A program made the position numbers and the translations under genes. Below the pieces are notes generated by a model. It did not search any database. It had not been told where the DNA came from and saw only the letters and a program-made list of their open reading frames with translations. Source: an uncultured Chloroflexia bacterium (GTDB lineage Bacteria > Chloroflexota > Limnocylindria > Limnocylindrales > CSP1-4). Taken from it: a stretch of 64,000 bases of DNA. Shown here one piece after another: positions 29,171 through 39,613 of this stretch (position 1 is its first letter; every line of letters begins with the position of its first letter). The DNA lies in assembly GCA_963749705.1 (NCBI GenBank), contig CAVVNQ010000015.1, positions 128,001-192,000 of the forward strand, given 5' to 3'.

Positions 29171-31000
29171 ATGCTCGGCCGGACCGATTCCCGAACTCGC
29201 GCCGTCGTCCTGCTGATCGCCTTCGTGGTGATCGCGGGCAGCGTCGGGGTGCGACTTGCCTACTGGCAGGTAGTCCGGCGGGACGAGCTTGCGACCCTGG
29301 CCCAGCAGCAGACGTCGCTGCGATACGAGATCCCAGCCGAGCGCGGGGCGATCTACGACCGGACCGGGACGGTCGTGCTGGCCACGACCGTGAGCCGCGA
29401 CCTCCTGGCCGCCAACCCCGTCATGCTGACGCTCAAGCGACGCGCGGAGGTGGCGCACAACCTGATCCAGGTGCTCGGCCTGGACGGTGCCGCGGCGGCG
29501 AACCTGTTCCAGCGCATGACCTCGGACAGCAAGTACACGGTGCTGGCGAGGGAGATCGAGCCCGCGATGTCGGACCGGATCCGTGCCATGAGCAAGGGCG
29601 ACAAGCCGGCGCTGTCGGGCCTCGTCCTGACGCCCGAGCCGATGCGGGTCTACCCCCAGCCCGGCGGTGGTCCCAACACGAGCCTGGCCGCGCACGTCCT
29701 GGGGTTCGTGAACCGTGAGGGGCAGGGGCAGTACGGGATCGAGCAGTACTACCAGGATGACCTCGCCGGCATGCCGCGGGTCGTGGCCGCGCAGCACGAC
29801 GCCTACGGCAACACGATTCCCGACACCTCGGTCGTGCTCGACTCCGGCGTGCCCGGGCAGGACCTGACGCTGACCATCGATGCCACCCTCCAGGTCGCGG
29901 TCGAGCAGGAGCTGCTGGCTGCCTGGATCGCCGATCGAGCCAAGCGAGCATCGGCCGTGGTCATGGATCCCTACACGGGCGAGGTGTACGCGTACGCGAG
30001 CTACCCGTCCTACGACGCGAACGACTACAGCGCGATCGCGGCCGAGGATCCGGGACGGTTCATCGACCCGATCGTGTCCACGGTCTATGAGCCCGGCAGC
30101 GTGTTCAAGATGCTGACGGCGATCGCGGCGCTGGGGGATGGCCACGTGACCATCAACACCAAGTTCAAGGACACCGGCACCCTGCGGCTGGATGGCGGCA
30201 AGACCCAGGTCGACGACGCCGACCACAAGCCGATGGGCTGGCTCACGTTCCAGGACGCGGTGGCCTACTCGCGCAATGTCGTGCTGGCCAGGGTCGGGCT
30301 CGGGCTGGGCAAGACGACGGCCGCCGCATCGCAGGTCCTGTACGACACCTGGCGGTCGATGGGCTTCGGGTCCACCACGGGCATCGACGTCGCCAACGAG
30401 GTCGGGGGCCTGGTCAACGACCCGGCCGCCAGGGTATGGCGCCAGATCGACCTCGCCAACGGGGCGTTCGGGCAGGGCGTCGCCGTGACGCCGATCCAGC
30501 TCGCCCAGGCCTATGCGGCGATGGTCAACGGCGGGACGCTCGTCCGGCCTCGCGTCGTCAAGGCGATCGGCCAGACGGTGACCGAGCCGGTCAGCGAAGG
30601 CCGCGTGATCTCACCCCAGCTGTCGACCACCCTCACCAACCTGATGCGCCACGTCGTGACCTCGGTCAACTTCTATCGCACCCGGACGGTCATCCCCGGC
30701 TTCGATGTGGGCGGCAAGACCGGCACCGCCCAGATCTGGGACTCGGCGAAGGGCGCCTGGAAGGTCAACATGTTCAACTACAGCTTCATCGGCTACATCG
30801 GTCGGGAGCAGGGGCACCCGGACCTCGTGATTGCGGTCCGGATCGAGGAGGGCACGCCCACGGTGGTCCGCCTCGGGCATCTCGAGATGCCGGTCATGTC
30901 GTTCGAGCTGTTCCGGAGGATCGCGCACGACGCGATCACCACCCCGGATCTCGTTCCCGAGCGCACCTCCACACCGGTCACCGCCGCGGTCAACCCGTGA
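29171..31000 (+). CDS. ftsI: Class B penicillin-binding protein (FtsI)
   Basis: RGAIYDR, RVYP, GIEQ, EPGSVFK (SxxK), SRN, KTGT. Confidence 0.9.
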   Translation: MLGRTDSRTRAVVLLIAFVVIAGSVGVRLAYWQVVRRDELATLAQQQTSLRYEIPAERGAIYDRTGTVVLATTVSRDLLAANPVMLTLKRRAEVAHNLIQVLGLDGAAAANLFQRMTSDSKYTVLAREIEPAMSDRIRAMSKGDKPALSGLVLTPEPMRVYPQPGGGPNTSLAAHVLGFVNREGQGQYGIEQYYQDDLAGMPRVVAAQHDAYGNTIPDTSVVLDSGVPGQDLTLTIDATLQVAVEQELLAAWIADRAKRASAVVMDPYTGEVYAYASYPSYDANDYSAIAAEDPGRFIDPIVSTVYEPGSVFKMLTAIAALGDGHVTINTKFKDTGTLRLDGGKTQVDDADHKPMGWLTFQDAVAYSRNVVLARVGLGLGKTTAAASQVLYDTWRSMGFGSTTGIDVANEVGGLVNDPAARVWRQIDLANGAFGQGVAVTPIQLAQAYAAMVNGGTLVRPRVVKAIGQTVTEPVSEGRVISPQLSTTLTNLMRHVVTSVNFYRTRTVIPGFDVGGKTGTAQIWDSAKGAWKVNMFNYSFIGYIGREQGHPDLVIAVRIEEGTPTVVRLGHLEMPVMSFELFRRIAHDAITTPDLVPERTSTPVTAAVNP

Positions 31001-31026
31001 GCGGCGCCTGTGCGACACTCGCCGGC

Positions 31027-32598
31027 GTGACGGACCAGGGACGGTCGCCGCTCCCCGAACCGGCCGCTCGCCACGCGGGCAACAGCCCCGATGGGCCCGT
31101 CGTTCCGGGCGCGGCAGCCGCGGGCGGGATGCCGGCAATGACCGAGGACGACATCGTTGCCGCGACCGGCGGCACGCTCCTGCACCGGGGCTCGCGGGCA
31201 GTCCGCGGCGCCGCCGTGGACTCGCGGCTGGTCGCGCCCGGCGAGCTGTTCGTCGCCCTGGCGGGGGAGCGCACGGACGGGCATCGCTACCTCGCCGAGG
31301 CGTCGCGGGCCGGTGCCGCGGCCATCCTCGTCGGGCGCCGCCCTGCGCTGGACGCCGGCGAGCCGCCGCACGACACGCTGGGCGACGTGAGCGTCGTGCT
31401 GGTGCCCGATCCACTGCGAGCGCTGCAAGGGGTTGCCGCGGCCTGGCGCACGCGCTTCGCACCGCTGGTGGTCGGGATCACCGGCAGCATCGCCAAGACG
31501 TCGACCAAGGAGGCCGTCGCGGCCGTGCTGTCCGGGCGGTTCAGGACGCTGCGAAGCGAGGGCAACCAGAACAACGAGATCGGCCTGCCACTGACGATCC
31601 TGCGCCTCGGCCCCGAGCACGAGGCCGCGGTGCTCGAGATGGGGATGTACGTGGGCGGCGAGATCCGGGACCTGGCCGCGATCGCGCGGCCGTCGATCGG
31701 CGTCGTCACCGCGGTCCAGCCTGTCCACCTGTCGCGGATCGGGTCGATCGACGCGATCGAGGATGCCAAGGCCGAGCTCGTGGAGGCACTGCCCGCGGCC
31801 GCCGATGGCGGGGTCGCGGTGCTCAATGCCGATGACCCGCGGGTGCGGCGGATGGCGGATCGGACGGCGGCGTGGCCGTTGACCTACGGGTTCGCCGACG
31901 ATGCCGACGTGCGCGCTGTCGACGTCGAGTCGCTCGGCCTCGGCGGCATGCGCTTCCGGCTGGTCGCGCCGGGTGGCGAGCGCCTCGCAACGACGTCCGG
32001 CCTCGGCCGGATGGCGGTCCACAACGCGCTCGCGGCAGCCGCGGTCGGCCTCGCCGCCGGGATGACGCCCGACCAGATCCTGCCCGGGCTCGCCCAGCCG
32101 GGCGGCGCGCCGCATCGCACCTCGGTGATCCGTGTCGGCGACGTGGTGGTCATCGATGATGCCTACAACGCCTCGCCGGGATCGGTGACGGCCGCGCTCG
32201 ACCTGCTGGCGGGGCTGCCGGGTCGCCGGGTCGCCATCCTGGGCCAGATGCTCGAGCTGGGCGCGGCATCCGCCGCCGGCCATCGCGCGGTGGGCGCCGC
32301 CGCCGCGGCCGCCGTCGACCTGCTGATCGTCGCCGCCGGGCAGGCCGGTGGCGGGGCGGCCGCCATCGTCGACGGCGCCCTCGAGGCGGGCATGCCGGCG
32401 GACCGCGTCGTCGCCGCCGCGGATCGCGACCAGGCGACCACCGAGGCGACGTCCCGCGTCAGGGCCGGTGACGTCGTCCTGGTCAAGGCCTCCCGGGGCC
32501 TGGGGCTCCAGGAACGGGAGCGCAGCCGGCTCGGCGTCGGCCTGGAGGTGCTGATCGAGGCCCTGGTGGCCCCGCCGGACGCGGATCGCGCGCGATGA
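31027..32598 (+). CDS. murF: UDP-MurNAc-tripeptide D-Ala-D-Ala ligase (start uncertain, 30997-31138)
   Basis: DSR, ITGSIAKTSTKE, NNEIGLP, LEMGM, DDAYNASP, LVKASRG. Confidence 0.93.
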   Translation: MTDQGRSPLPEPAARHAGNSPDGPVVPGAAAAGGMPAMTEDDIVAATGGTLLHRGSRAVRGAAVDSRLVAPGELFVALAGERTDGHRYLAEASRAGAAAILVGRRPALDAGEPPHDTLGDVSVVLVPDPLRALQGVAAAWRTRFAPLVVGITGSIAKTSTKEAVAAVLSGRFRTLRSEGNQNNEIGLPLTILRLGPEHEAAVLEMGMYVGGEIRDLAAIARPSIGVVTAVQPVHLSRIGSIDAIEDAKAELVEALPAAADGGVAVLNADDPRVRRMADRTAAWPLTYGFADDADVRAVDVESLGLGGMRFRLVAPGGERLATTSGLGRMAVHNALAAAAVGLAAGMTPDQILPGLAQPGGAPHRTSVIRVGDVVVIDDAYNASPGSVTAALDLLAGLPGRRVAILGQMLELGAASAAGHRAVGAAAAAAVDLLIVAAGQAGGGAAAIVDGALEAGMPADRVVAAADRDQATTEATSRVRAGDVVLVKASRGLGLQERERSRLGVGLEVLIEALVAPPDADRAR

Positions 32599-33575
32599 CG
32601 CTGGAGCTGATCCAGGGCCTGCTCCTGGCGTTCGCGCTGGTCGTGATCCTGATGCCGCCGTACATCCGGCTGCTCCGCCACGTCGGGTTCGCCAAGCAGA
32701 TCCGCGAGGAGGGCCCCCAGAGCCACATGGTGAAGTGGGGGACGCCGACCATGGGCGGCCTGCTCATCATCGCGGTGGTCGTCGTGATCTTCGTCGTGCT
32801 CCGCTGGCCGGTCGAAGGTGGGGTCATCGCACCACTTGCGACGCTCGGGTTCGTGGGCGTGCTGGGCGCGGTCGATGACTACCTGAACGCGCGGACCGGG
32901 GACGGCATCCGCGCTCGCCAGAAGCTCATCTGGCAGACGGTCGTGGCCGTCGCGGCCGCCTGGCAGATCCACGACACGTACGCGCTGTCCGGGTTCCGGG
33001 TGCCGTTCGTGGGCGACGTGACCATCGACCCCACGCTGTACGTCGTGTTCGCGGCGTTTGCGATCGTGGCGGCATCGAACGGCGTCAACATCACGGACGG
33101 GCTCGACGGGCTGGCCGGGGGCACGCTCGTGTTCGCGTTCGCCTCGTTCCTGATCATCGCCCTGCTCAACGAGCCGGTCCAGCCCAACATCGCGTTCCTG
33201 TGCGCGCTGATCATCGGCGCGCTGCTCGGGTTCCTGTGGTTCAACGTCCACCCGGCCCAGGTGTTCATGGGGGACTCGGGGTCGCTTGCGCTGGGGGCGA
33301 CCCTGGCGGTCATCGCCCTGATCACCGGCCAGATCCTGGTGCTGCCGCTGATCGGGCTGATCTTCGTGCTCGAGACGGCGTCGGACATCATCCAGATCGG
33401 CTTCTTCAAGCTGTCGGGTGGCCGGCGCGTGTTCCGGATGGCGCCCCTCCACCACCATTTCGAGCTGGGCGGCTGGGACGAGGAGAAGATCACGCTCCGG
33501 TTCTGGATCATCGGAATCCTGGCCGGCCTGCTCGGCGTCACCCTGTTCCTGGCCTCGATCAATGGGCTCAGCTGA
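32595..33575 (+). CDS. mraY: Phospho-MurNAc-pentapeptide transferase
   Basis: GTPTMGG, DDY, NITDGLDGL, FMGDSGS, MAPLHHHFE. Confidence 0.96.
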   Translation: MTLELIQGLLLAFALVVILMPPYIRLLRHVGFAKQIREEGPQSHMVKWGTPTMGGLLIIAVVVVIFVVLRWPVEGGVIAPLATLGFVGVLGAVDDYLNARTGDGIRARQKLIWQTVVAVAAAWQIHDTYALSGFRVPFVGDVTIDPTLYVVFAAFAIVAASNGVNITDGLDGLAGGTLVFAFASFLIIALLNEPVQPNIAFLCALIIGALLGFLWFNVHPAQVFMGDSGSLALGATLAVIALITGQILVLPLIGLIFVLETASDIIQIGFFKLSGGRRVFRMAPLHHHFELGGWDEEKITLRFWIIGILAGLLGVTLFLASINGLS

Positions 33576-33576
33576 G

Positions 33577-35139
33577 ATGACCGCGGCACGGCCGCTCGAC
33601 CTCGACGCCCTCACCCTTGACGGCGTGCGCGCGGGGGCGCTCGACGGTCGTCCGGTGACCGTGCTCGGGCTGGCCCGCAGCGGGATCGCCCTGGCCCGGT
33701 TCCTGGTCGACGCCGGCGCTCGGGTGAGCGTCTACGACGCACGGCCCGCCGCGGACCTGGCCGCCGCGATCGAGCAGCTGGGCGACCGGCCGATCACGCT
33801 CCGGCTTGGGCCGGACGTGGACCCAGCGACCACCTGGGCCGACGCTGCGCTGGTCGCGACATCGCCCTCGATCACGCCCGACTTCCCGACCACGGAGCCG
33901 CGACTGCGGGCCCAGCTGCGCGCGCTGGTGGCCGCTCGCGCCGCCGGCGATCCCAACGCTCCTGCCCTGGTGAGCGAGGCGGACCTGTTCCTCCGGCTGT
34001 GTCCCGCGCCGACCATCGGCATCACGGGGACCAAGGGCAAGACCACCACGGCGTCGCTCGCGCACGCGATCCTCGCGGCCGACCCGCTGCACCCCGCGGT
34101 CCTGGGCGGGAACATCGGCGTCCCGCTCGTCGAACGCCTGCCGGAGCTGACCGCGGACCATCGCGTGGTCGTGGAGCTGTCCGAGCTCCAGCTGCCCACG
34201 CTGTCGCGCGGGACGACGATCGCGGTGTACACCAACGTGACCTCGGACCACCTCGACCGCCACGGCTCGCTGGAGGCGTATCGACGGGTGAAGCGCCGGC
34301 TGGCCGAGCTGGTCGACCCGGACGGTGCGCTCGTCCTGAACCTGGGCGATCCGGTCGTGGGCGGATACGCAGGGCTGGGGACCGCGCCCGCGGTCCTGTA
34401 CCGCGACGACCGGCCCGTGCCCGGTGGCCTGGGCGTCGTGGACGACTGGATCGTGGCGGCGTCGGTCGAGCGGCTGCCGCTCGCGGGAGGCGGCGTGGCC
34501 GCGACCGGACCCGGCGGCGGGATCATGCCGGTGGACGAGCTCGCCATCCCCGGACGCCACAACGTGTCCAACGCCCTGGCCGCGATCGCGGTCGGGCTCC
34601 TGTTCGGGGTCGCGCCCGATGCCGTCCGCCGCGCGGCCGCGGGCTTCACCGGCGTCGAGCACCGGCTCCAGCCGGTCGCGCTCATCGGGGCCGTTCGCTT
34701 CGTCAACAATTCGCAGGGCACCCAGCCCGACGCGGTGATCGCGGCGCTGCGGGCGTTCCCGCCACCGGTCGTCCTGATCGCGGGCGGCCGCGACAAGGGG
34801 GTCGACCTGCACGATCTCGCCCCGGTGGTGGCCGAGCGCGCCGTCGCCGCCGTCCTGATCGGCGAGAGCGGGGATGCGCTCGAGGGGCTGTTCCGCGGCG
34901 CGGGCCTGGCTCGGACCGCACGCGCGGGGTCGATGGACGAGGCGGTCGCCGCGGCCCATGGCTTCGCACTCGAGGCGCTCCGCGGAACGCGCGAGGGGAC
35001 CGTTGCCACGGTCGTCCTCAGCCCCGCGGCGGCATCGTTCGACATGTTCGACGACTACGCGGCCCGTGGCCGCGCGTTCGTCGCGGCCGTCTCGCGCCTC
35101 GCGCACGGCGACCATCCCGACAGCGGGAGATCCGGATGA
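33577..35139 (+). CDS. murD: UDP-MurNAc-L-Ala D-Glu ligase
   Basis: GLARSG, ITGTKGKTTT, GGNIG, ELS, DHLDRH, GGRDKG, SPAAASFDMF. Confidence 0.92.
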   Translation: MTAARPLDLDALTLDGVRAGALDGRPVTVLGLARSGIALARFLVDAGARVSVYDARPAADLAAAIEQLGDRPITLRLGPDVDPATTWADAALVATSPSITPDFPTTEPRLRAQLRALVAARAAGDPNAPALVSEADLFLRLCPAPTIGITGTKGKTTTASLAHAILAADPLHPAVLGGNIGVPLVERLPELTADHRVVVELSELQLPTLSRGTTIAVYTNVTSDHLDRHGSLEAYRRVKRRLAELVDPDGALVLNLGDPVVGGYAGLGTAPAVLYRDDRPVPGGLGVVDDWIVAASVERLPLAGGGVAATGPGGGIMPVDELAIPGRHNVSNALAAIAVGLLFGVAPDAVRRAAAGFTGVEHRLQPVALIGAVRFVNNSQGTQPDAVIAALRAFPPPVVLIAGGRDKGVDLHDLAPVVAERAVAAVLIGESGDALEGLFRGAGLARTARAGSMDEAVAAAHGFALEALRGTREGTVATVVLSPAAASFDMFDDYAARGRAFVAAVSRLAHGDHPDSGRSG

Positions 35140-36410
35140 GCACCACGCTGCCCCTGCCCCTGTCCCGAACCGCGACCCGGGTCCGGTCGCCGGGCGTCCT
35201 CCAGCGCGAGCGGCACGAGCCGGAGTACGGGATCCTGGTCGCCATCGTCGCGCTGGCCGCGATCGGGATCCTGATGGTCTACTCGTCGTCCGCCATGAAG
35301 AACTACCTCGTGCACGACGATACGTTCAGGATCGTGGGACCCCAGATCCAGTGGGCGGCCCTGGGCATGATCGCGATGCTGGTCATGATGCGGGTCGACT
35401 ATCGCTGGCTGCGGGTGGTCTCGATCCCGATGTTCATCGCCGCGATCGTCGCCCTGCTGCTGGTGTTCGTCCCGGCGCTCAATGTCGTGGTCGGCGGGTC
35501 CGCGCGCTGGCTGAGGATCGGGCCCCTGCCCGCGGTCCACCCGGCCGAGTTCATGAAGCTCGCGCTGGTGGTCTACCTGGCCCACCTGTTCGCCACGCGG
35601 GGCGGGGAGGTGCACAGCCTGTGGAAGGGCACGGTGCCGTTCCTGGTGATCACGGGGCCCGTCGTCGCGCTGGTGCTGCTCGAGCCTGACCTCGGCACCT
35701 CCACCGTCCTCGGCCTGACCGCGTTCACGATGTTCTTCCTCGCCGGCGCGAGCTTCGTCCACCTGATCGCGCTGGGCGGGGCCGCCGTTCCCCTGGTCAC
35801 CCTCATGTTCCTCAAGGGCTACCAGATGGAACGCATCAACGCGTGGCTCAACCCGTGGGCCGACGCCGCCGGCAATGGGTTTCACAGCGTCCAGGGCTAC
35901 TTCGCGCTGGCCCTCGGCGGCATCCTGGGCGCCGGGCTGGGCGAGAGCCGGCTGGCGGGCGGCCTGTTCCTCCCCAATGCGTCCAACGACTTCATCTTCG
36001 CGATCATCGGCGAGGAGTTCGGGCTGCTCGGAGCGGGCCTCGTGATCGTGCTGTTCCTCGCCTTCGGCTACCTGGGAATCCGCACGTCGCTCGGGGCGCC
36101 CGACACCTTCGGTGCCCTGCTCGCGGCCGGGATCACCACCTGGATCTGCCTCCAGGCGTTCATCAACATGGCGGTCGTGGTCGGGCTGGTCCCGGTCACC
36201 GGAATCCCGCTGCCGTTCGTGTCCGCGGGAGGCTCATCGCTCATCATCAGCTTTGCGGCGGTGGGCATCCTGCTCTCGGTGTCGCGGGAAACGGTCGAGA
36301 AAGGAACCTGGAACGATGCGCCTGCTGATCGCGGGCGGCGGCACGGGCGGGCACATCTACCCGGCTCTCGCCGTCGTCCGGTCGCTCCGCGCACGACCCG
36401 ACGCGCCTGA
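35136..36410 (+). CDS. ftsW: SEDS glycosyltransferase FtsW
   Basis: MVYSSS, GSARWL, PAEFMK, EPDLGT, DFIFAIIGEE, TGIPLPFVSAGGSS. Confidence 0.94.
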   Translation: MSTTLPLPLSRTATRVRSPGVLQRERHEPEYGILVAIVALAAIGILMVYSSSAMKNYLVHDDTFRIVGPQIQWAALGMIAMLVMMRVDYRWLRVVSIPMFIAAIVALLLVFVPALNVVVGGSARWLRIGPLPAVHPAEFMKLALVVYLAHLFATRGGEVHSLWKGTVPFLVITGPVVALVLLEPDLGTSTVLGLTAFTMFFLAGASFVHLIALGGAAVPLVTLMFLKGYQMERINAWLNPWADAAGNGFHSVQGYFALALGGILGAGLGESRLAGGLFLPNASNDFIFAIIGEEFGLLGAGLVIVLFLAFGYLGIRTSLGAPDTFGALLAAGITTWICLQAFINMAVVVGLVPVTGIPLPFVSAGGSSLIISFAAVGILLSVSRETVEKGTWNDAPADRGRRHGRAHLPGSRRRPVAPRTTRRA

Positions 36411-37464
36411 GGTCGAGTGGCTGGGGGGCCACCGCGGGCTCGAGGCGTCGCTCGTCCCGGCGTCGGGGCTCCCGCTGCGCCGGCTGCTGCTTCGCTCGCT
36501 GCGGTCCGCGGGACGTGACGTCCACCTGGTCCTGGATCCGGTTCGCCTCGGCCTGTCCATTCCGCAGGCGCTCGCGCTGCTCATCGCGCGCCGCCCCGCG
36601 GCCGTGTTCACGACCGGGGGGTACGTGGCGATCCCGACGCTGCTGGCCGCGAGCCTGCTGCGGATCCCCAGCGTCCTGTGGGACGGCAACGTGATCCCGG
36701 GGCGCAGCGTACGGTTCGTGGCGCGGTTCGCGACGGTCGTGACCGTGAGCCACGCGGAGACCGCGGATGGGCTCGCGCACCCCCGGTCGTTCGTGACCGG
36801 GACGCCGATCCGGCCGACGGCCGGTGTGGACATCGACGACGCGCGTGGCCGCTTCGGCGCCCGACCCGGCGAGCGGATCCTGCTCGTGTTCGGCGGCTCG
36901 CAGGCGGTCCGCCGGCTCAACGACGCGGTGCTCGAGGGCCTCCCGCGGCTGGTGACCGCCGTCCGCGTCGTCCACGTGACCGGCGATGCGGGCTACGGTG
37001 CCGCGGTTGCCGCGCGCGACCGGCTGCCCGAGGACGCGCGTGACCGGTACCGCCCCTTCCCGTTCCTGTCCGAGGACATGACCGCGGCGCTCGCGGCCGC
37101 CGACCTCGCGGTCGTTCGAGCGGGTGCCTCGACGCTCGCCGAGGCGGCGGCCTTCGCACTCCCGCTGGTCATCGTCCCGTACCCGCACGCGTCGGGCCAC
37201 CAGCGCCTCAACGCGGAGGCGTATGCGAGGTCCGGGGCGGCGATCCTGGTCGAGGACGAGGCCCTGGATGCGGACCGCCTGGTCGAGGCGGCCGGCCTGC
37301 TTGCCGATCCCGCCCGGCACGCGGCGATGTCGGCCGCGGCCCGTGAGCTCGCTCGACCCGCTGCGGCCGAGGCCGTGGCCGATCTCGTGCTCGCCGTCGC
37401 ATCGGGCGATCCGCTGCCCGGCGGCGCCGAGATCGAGGCGATCGCTCGCGGGGCCCGCCCGTGA
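36316..37464 (+). CDS. murG: MurG GlcNAc transferase
   Basis: GGGTGGHIYP, TGGYVA, GGSQA, RAGASTLAE, HQRLNA. Confidence 0.94.
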   Translation: MRLLIAGGGTGGHIYPALAVVRSLRARPDAPEVEWLGGHRGLEASLVPASGLPLRRLLLRSLRSAGRDVHLVLDPVRLGLSIPQALALLIARRPAAVFTTGGYVAIPTLLAASLLRIPSVLWDGNVIPGRSVRFVARFATVVTVSHAETADGLAHPRSFVTGTPIRPTAGVDIDDARGRFGARPGERILLVFGGSQAVRRLNDAVLEGLPRLVTAVRVVHVTGDAGYGAAVAARDRLPEDARDRYRPFPFLSEDMTAALAAADLAVVRAGASTLAEAAAFALPLVIVPYPHASGHQRLNAEAYARSGAAILVEDEALDADRLVEAAGLLADPARHAAMSAAARELARPAAAEAVADLVLAVASGDPLPGGAEIEAIARGARP

Positions 37465-38474
37465 CCGCGGGGTTCGATGCGTTTGCCCTCGGCACGGAGA
37501 TCCAGCGCCGGATCGGCGTCAAGACGGTGCGCGACGAACCGCTCGCGCGGTTCACCACGATGCGGGTCGGCGGACCGGCCGACCTGTTCGCCGTCGCCCA
37601 CAACCTGTTCGAGCTGCGGGCGCTGGTCAAGTTCTCGCGTGCGCGCGCGATCCCCTTATTCATCCTCGGCCGGGGCAGCAACCTGGTGATCGCCGACGCC
37701 GGGATCCGCGGCCTGGTCGTCCAGGCGCGCGCGGAGGCGGCCCGGGTGGACGGCGACCGCTACCTCGCCGACGCGGGCGTCCCGATGGCCCGGGCCGCCA
37801 CCGAGACCCAGCGAGCGGGGCTCGCCGGGCTCGAGTACGGGCTGGCGATCCCGGGCACGGTCGGGGGCGCGGTGTGGGCCAATGCGGGCGCGCACGAGAG
37901 CGACACGGCCCACGTGCTCGAGTCGGCCACCGTGCTGCTGGCCGACGGCAGCGAGGTCGTCCTGCCCGCAGCCGAGCTCGGATTCTCCTATCGCCACAGC
38001 CGGTTCAAGGCGCAGGCGACGGACACCCCGGGTTCGTCCGGCGCCTCCCCCGTTCCCGACGCGGCCGGGATGACCGGAGGTCCCGCCGAGATCGTGATGT
38101 CGGCAACCTTCCACCTCGAGGCAGCGGACGCCGACGCGATCCGTGCCCGCCTGGACGAGATCCGTCGATGGCGCCGGGATCACCAGCCGCTGGGCATCCC
38201 GTCGGCGGGCAGCGTGTTCCGCAACCCGCCGGGCAATTCCGCGGGACGGCTCGTGGATGCCCTGGGCCTCAAGGGATATCGGGTCGGCGGTGCCTCGGTC
38301 TCCGAGAAGCACGCCAACTTCATCGTCAACGACCGGAAGGGCACGGCCGCCGATGTTCGCCGCGTCGCCGAGCATGTGCGCGCCCAGGTTCGCGCCCGCC
38401 ACGGGCTCGAGCTCGCGTACGAGGTCGAGTTCGTCGGCGACTGGTCGGGCTGGACGGGGGAGGATCGCGGCTGA
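37461..38474 (+). CDS. murB: UDP-GlcNAc-enolpyruvate reductase
   Basis: RVGGPA, GRGSNL, IPGTVGGAVWANAGA, SAGSVFRNP, SEKHANF. Confidence 0.95.
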   Translation: MTAGFDAFALGTEIQRRIGVKTVRDEPLARFTTMRVGGPADLFAVAHNLFELRALVKFSRARAIPLFILGRGSNLVIADAGIRGLVVQARAEAARVDGDRYLADAGVPMARAATETQRAGLAGLEYGLAIPGTVGGAVWANAGAHESDTAHVLESATVLLADGSEVVLPAAELGFSYRHSRFKAQATDTPGSSGASPVPDAAGMTGGPAEIVMSATFHLEAADADAIRARLDEIRRWRRDHQPLGIPSAGSVFRNPPGNSAGRLVDALGLKGYRVGGASVSEKHANFIVNDRKGTAADVRRVAEHVRAQVRARHGLELAYEVEFVGDWSGWTGEDRG

Positions 38475-39613
38475 TGAGCGCACCCCCGATCGGCCATGAT
38501 CCCGGCGCGACGGCGATCGCCGTCGTGTTCGGCGGACCGTCCGCGGAGCACGACGTGTCGATCGTGTCGGGGACGGCGATCGGCGATTCGCTGCGCGCCG
38601 CCGGCTACCCCCTCGACCAGTGGCTGATCGCCCTGGACGGGGGCTGGTGGCACCTGCCAGGGGACCATCGCCGCGAGGATCGGCCACCGGCCGCGTACGA
38701 CGACCCGGCCGCCATGGGGGCGACGGGACCCATCGCCGCGGGCGAGGCGCTTGACGGTCTGGCCGCGCGACTGCCGTCGCCGATCGTGTTCCTCGCGCTC
38801 CACGGCCCGTTCGGCGAGGACGGCACCGTGCAGGCCATGTGCGAGGCGGCGGGGCTCGCGTACACGGGCGCCGGCGTCGCGGCGTCCGCGATCGGCATGG
38901 ACAAGGCGCTGTTCAAGCGGCTGGTGCGGGGCATCGGGCTGCCGGTGGTCGATTGGCGCGAGATCCGGTCCACCCGCTGGACGCGCGATCCGGGATCGGT
39001 CCTCGCCGAGCTCGAGGCGTTCGCCGCGGGGACCGGCGACCCGAGGCTGATGATCAAGCCGGCCTCGCTCGGCAGCTCGGTCGGGATGACCCTGGCCCAC
39101 GGACCCGAGGAGCGTGCCGCGGCGCTGGAGCTCGCGTTCCGGTTCGACGAGGTCGCGCTGGCCGAGCGCTACCTGGTGGGCGCGCGCGACCTCGAGGTAT
39201 CGGTCCTGGGCAACGATCCCGACCGCATCGAGATCTACGGCCCGGGCGAGATCATGGCCGGCCACGAGTTCTACGACTACGCCTCGAAGTACACGCCGGG
39301 GCTGTCTCAGACCACGCGCGCCGAGGTCACGCCGATGCAGCGCGCGACGCTGCTCAAGCTGGCCCGGGACACCTATCGGGCCGTCGGCTGCCAGGGCTTT
39401 GCGCGGATCGACTTCCTGCTGGCCGGCGAGGAGCTCGTGGTGTCCGAGATCAACACGATCCCCGGGTTCACGCCGATCAGCCTGTTCCCGACGCTCCCGT
39501 CCGAGGCCGGCTACGACTTCGGCGCCGTGTGCGGCCGGATCGTCGACCTCGCGATCGAGCGCCATGCGGGCCGCGTCCGGCACCGGCTGGAAGCGGTCGA
39601 CCTGCCGCGATGA
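38474..39613 (+). CDS. ddl: D-Ala-D-Ala ligase
   Basis: GGPSAEHDVS, LHGPFGEDG, GSSVG, FYDYASKY, EINTIPGFT. Confidence 0.95.
   Translation: MSAPPIGHDPGATAIAVVFGGPSAEHDVSIVSGTAIGDSLRAAGYPLDQWLIALDGGWWHLPGDHRREDRPPAAYDDPAAMGATGPIAAGEALDGLAARLPSPIVFLALHGPFGEDGTVQAMCEAAGLAYTGAGVAASAIGMDKALFKRLVRGIGLPVVDWREIRSTRWTRDPGSVLAELEAFAAGTGDPRLMIKPASLGSSVGMTLAHGPEERAAALELAFRFDEVALAERYLVGARDLEVSVLGNDPDRIEIYGPGEIMAGHEFYDYASKYTPGLSQTTRAEVTPMQRATLLKLARDTYRAVGCQGFARIDFLLAGEELVVSEINTIPGFTPISLFPTLPSEAGYDFGAVCGRIVDLAIERHAGRVRHRLEAVDLPR

Noticed and set aside
36316-36410. 95-nt ftsW/murG overlap
   Set aside because: Both proteins are intact. The ftsW tail is a low-information read-through, which is common in GC-rich operons.
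38474-39613. Ddl as a possible D-Ala-D-Lac (vancomycin-resistance) ligase
   Set aside because: The omega loop YDYASKY has Tyr and the gene sits in the dcw cluster, consistent with an ordinary Ddl.
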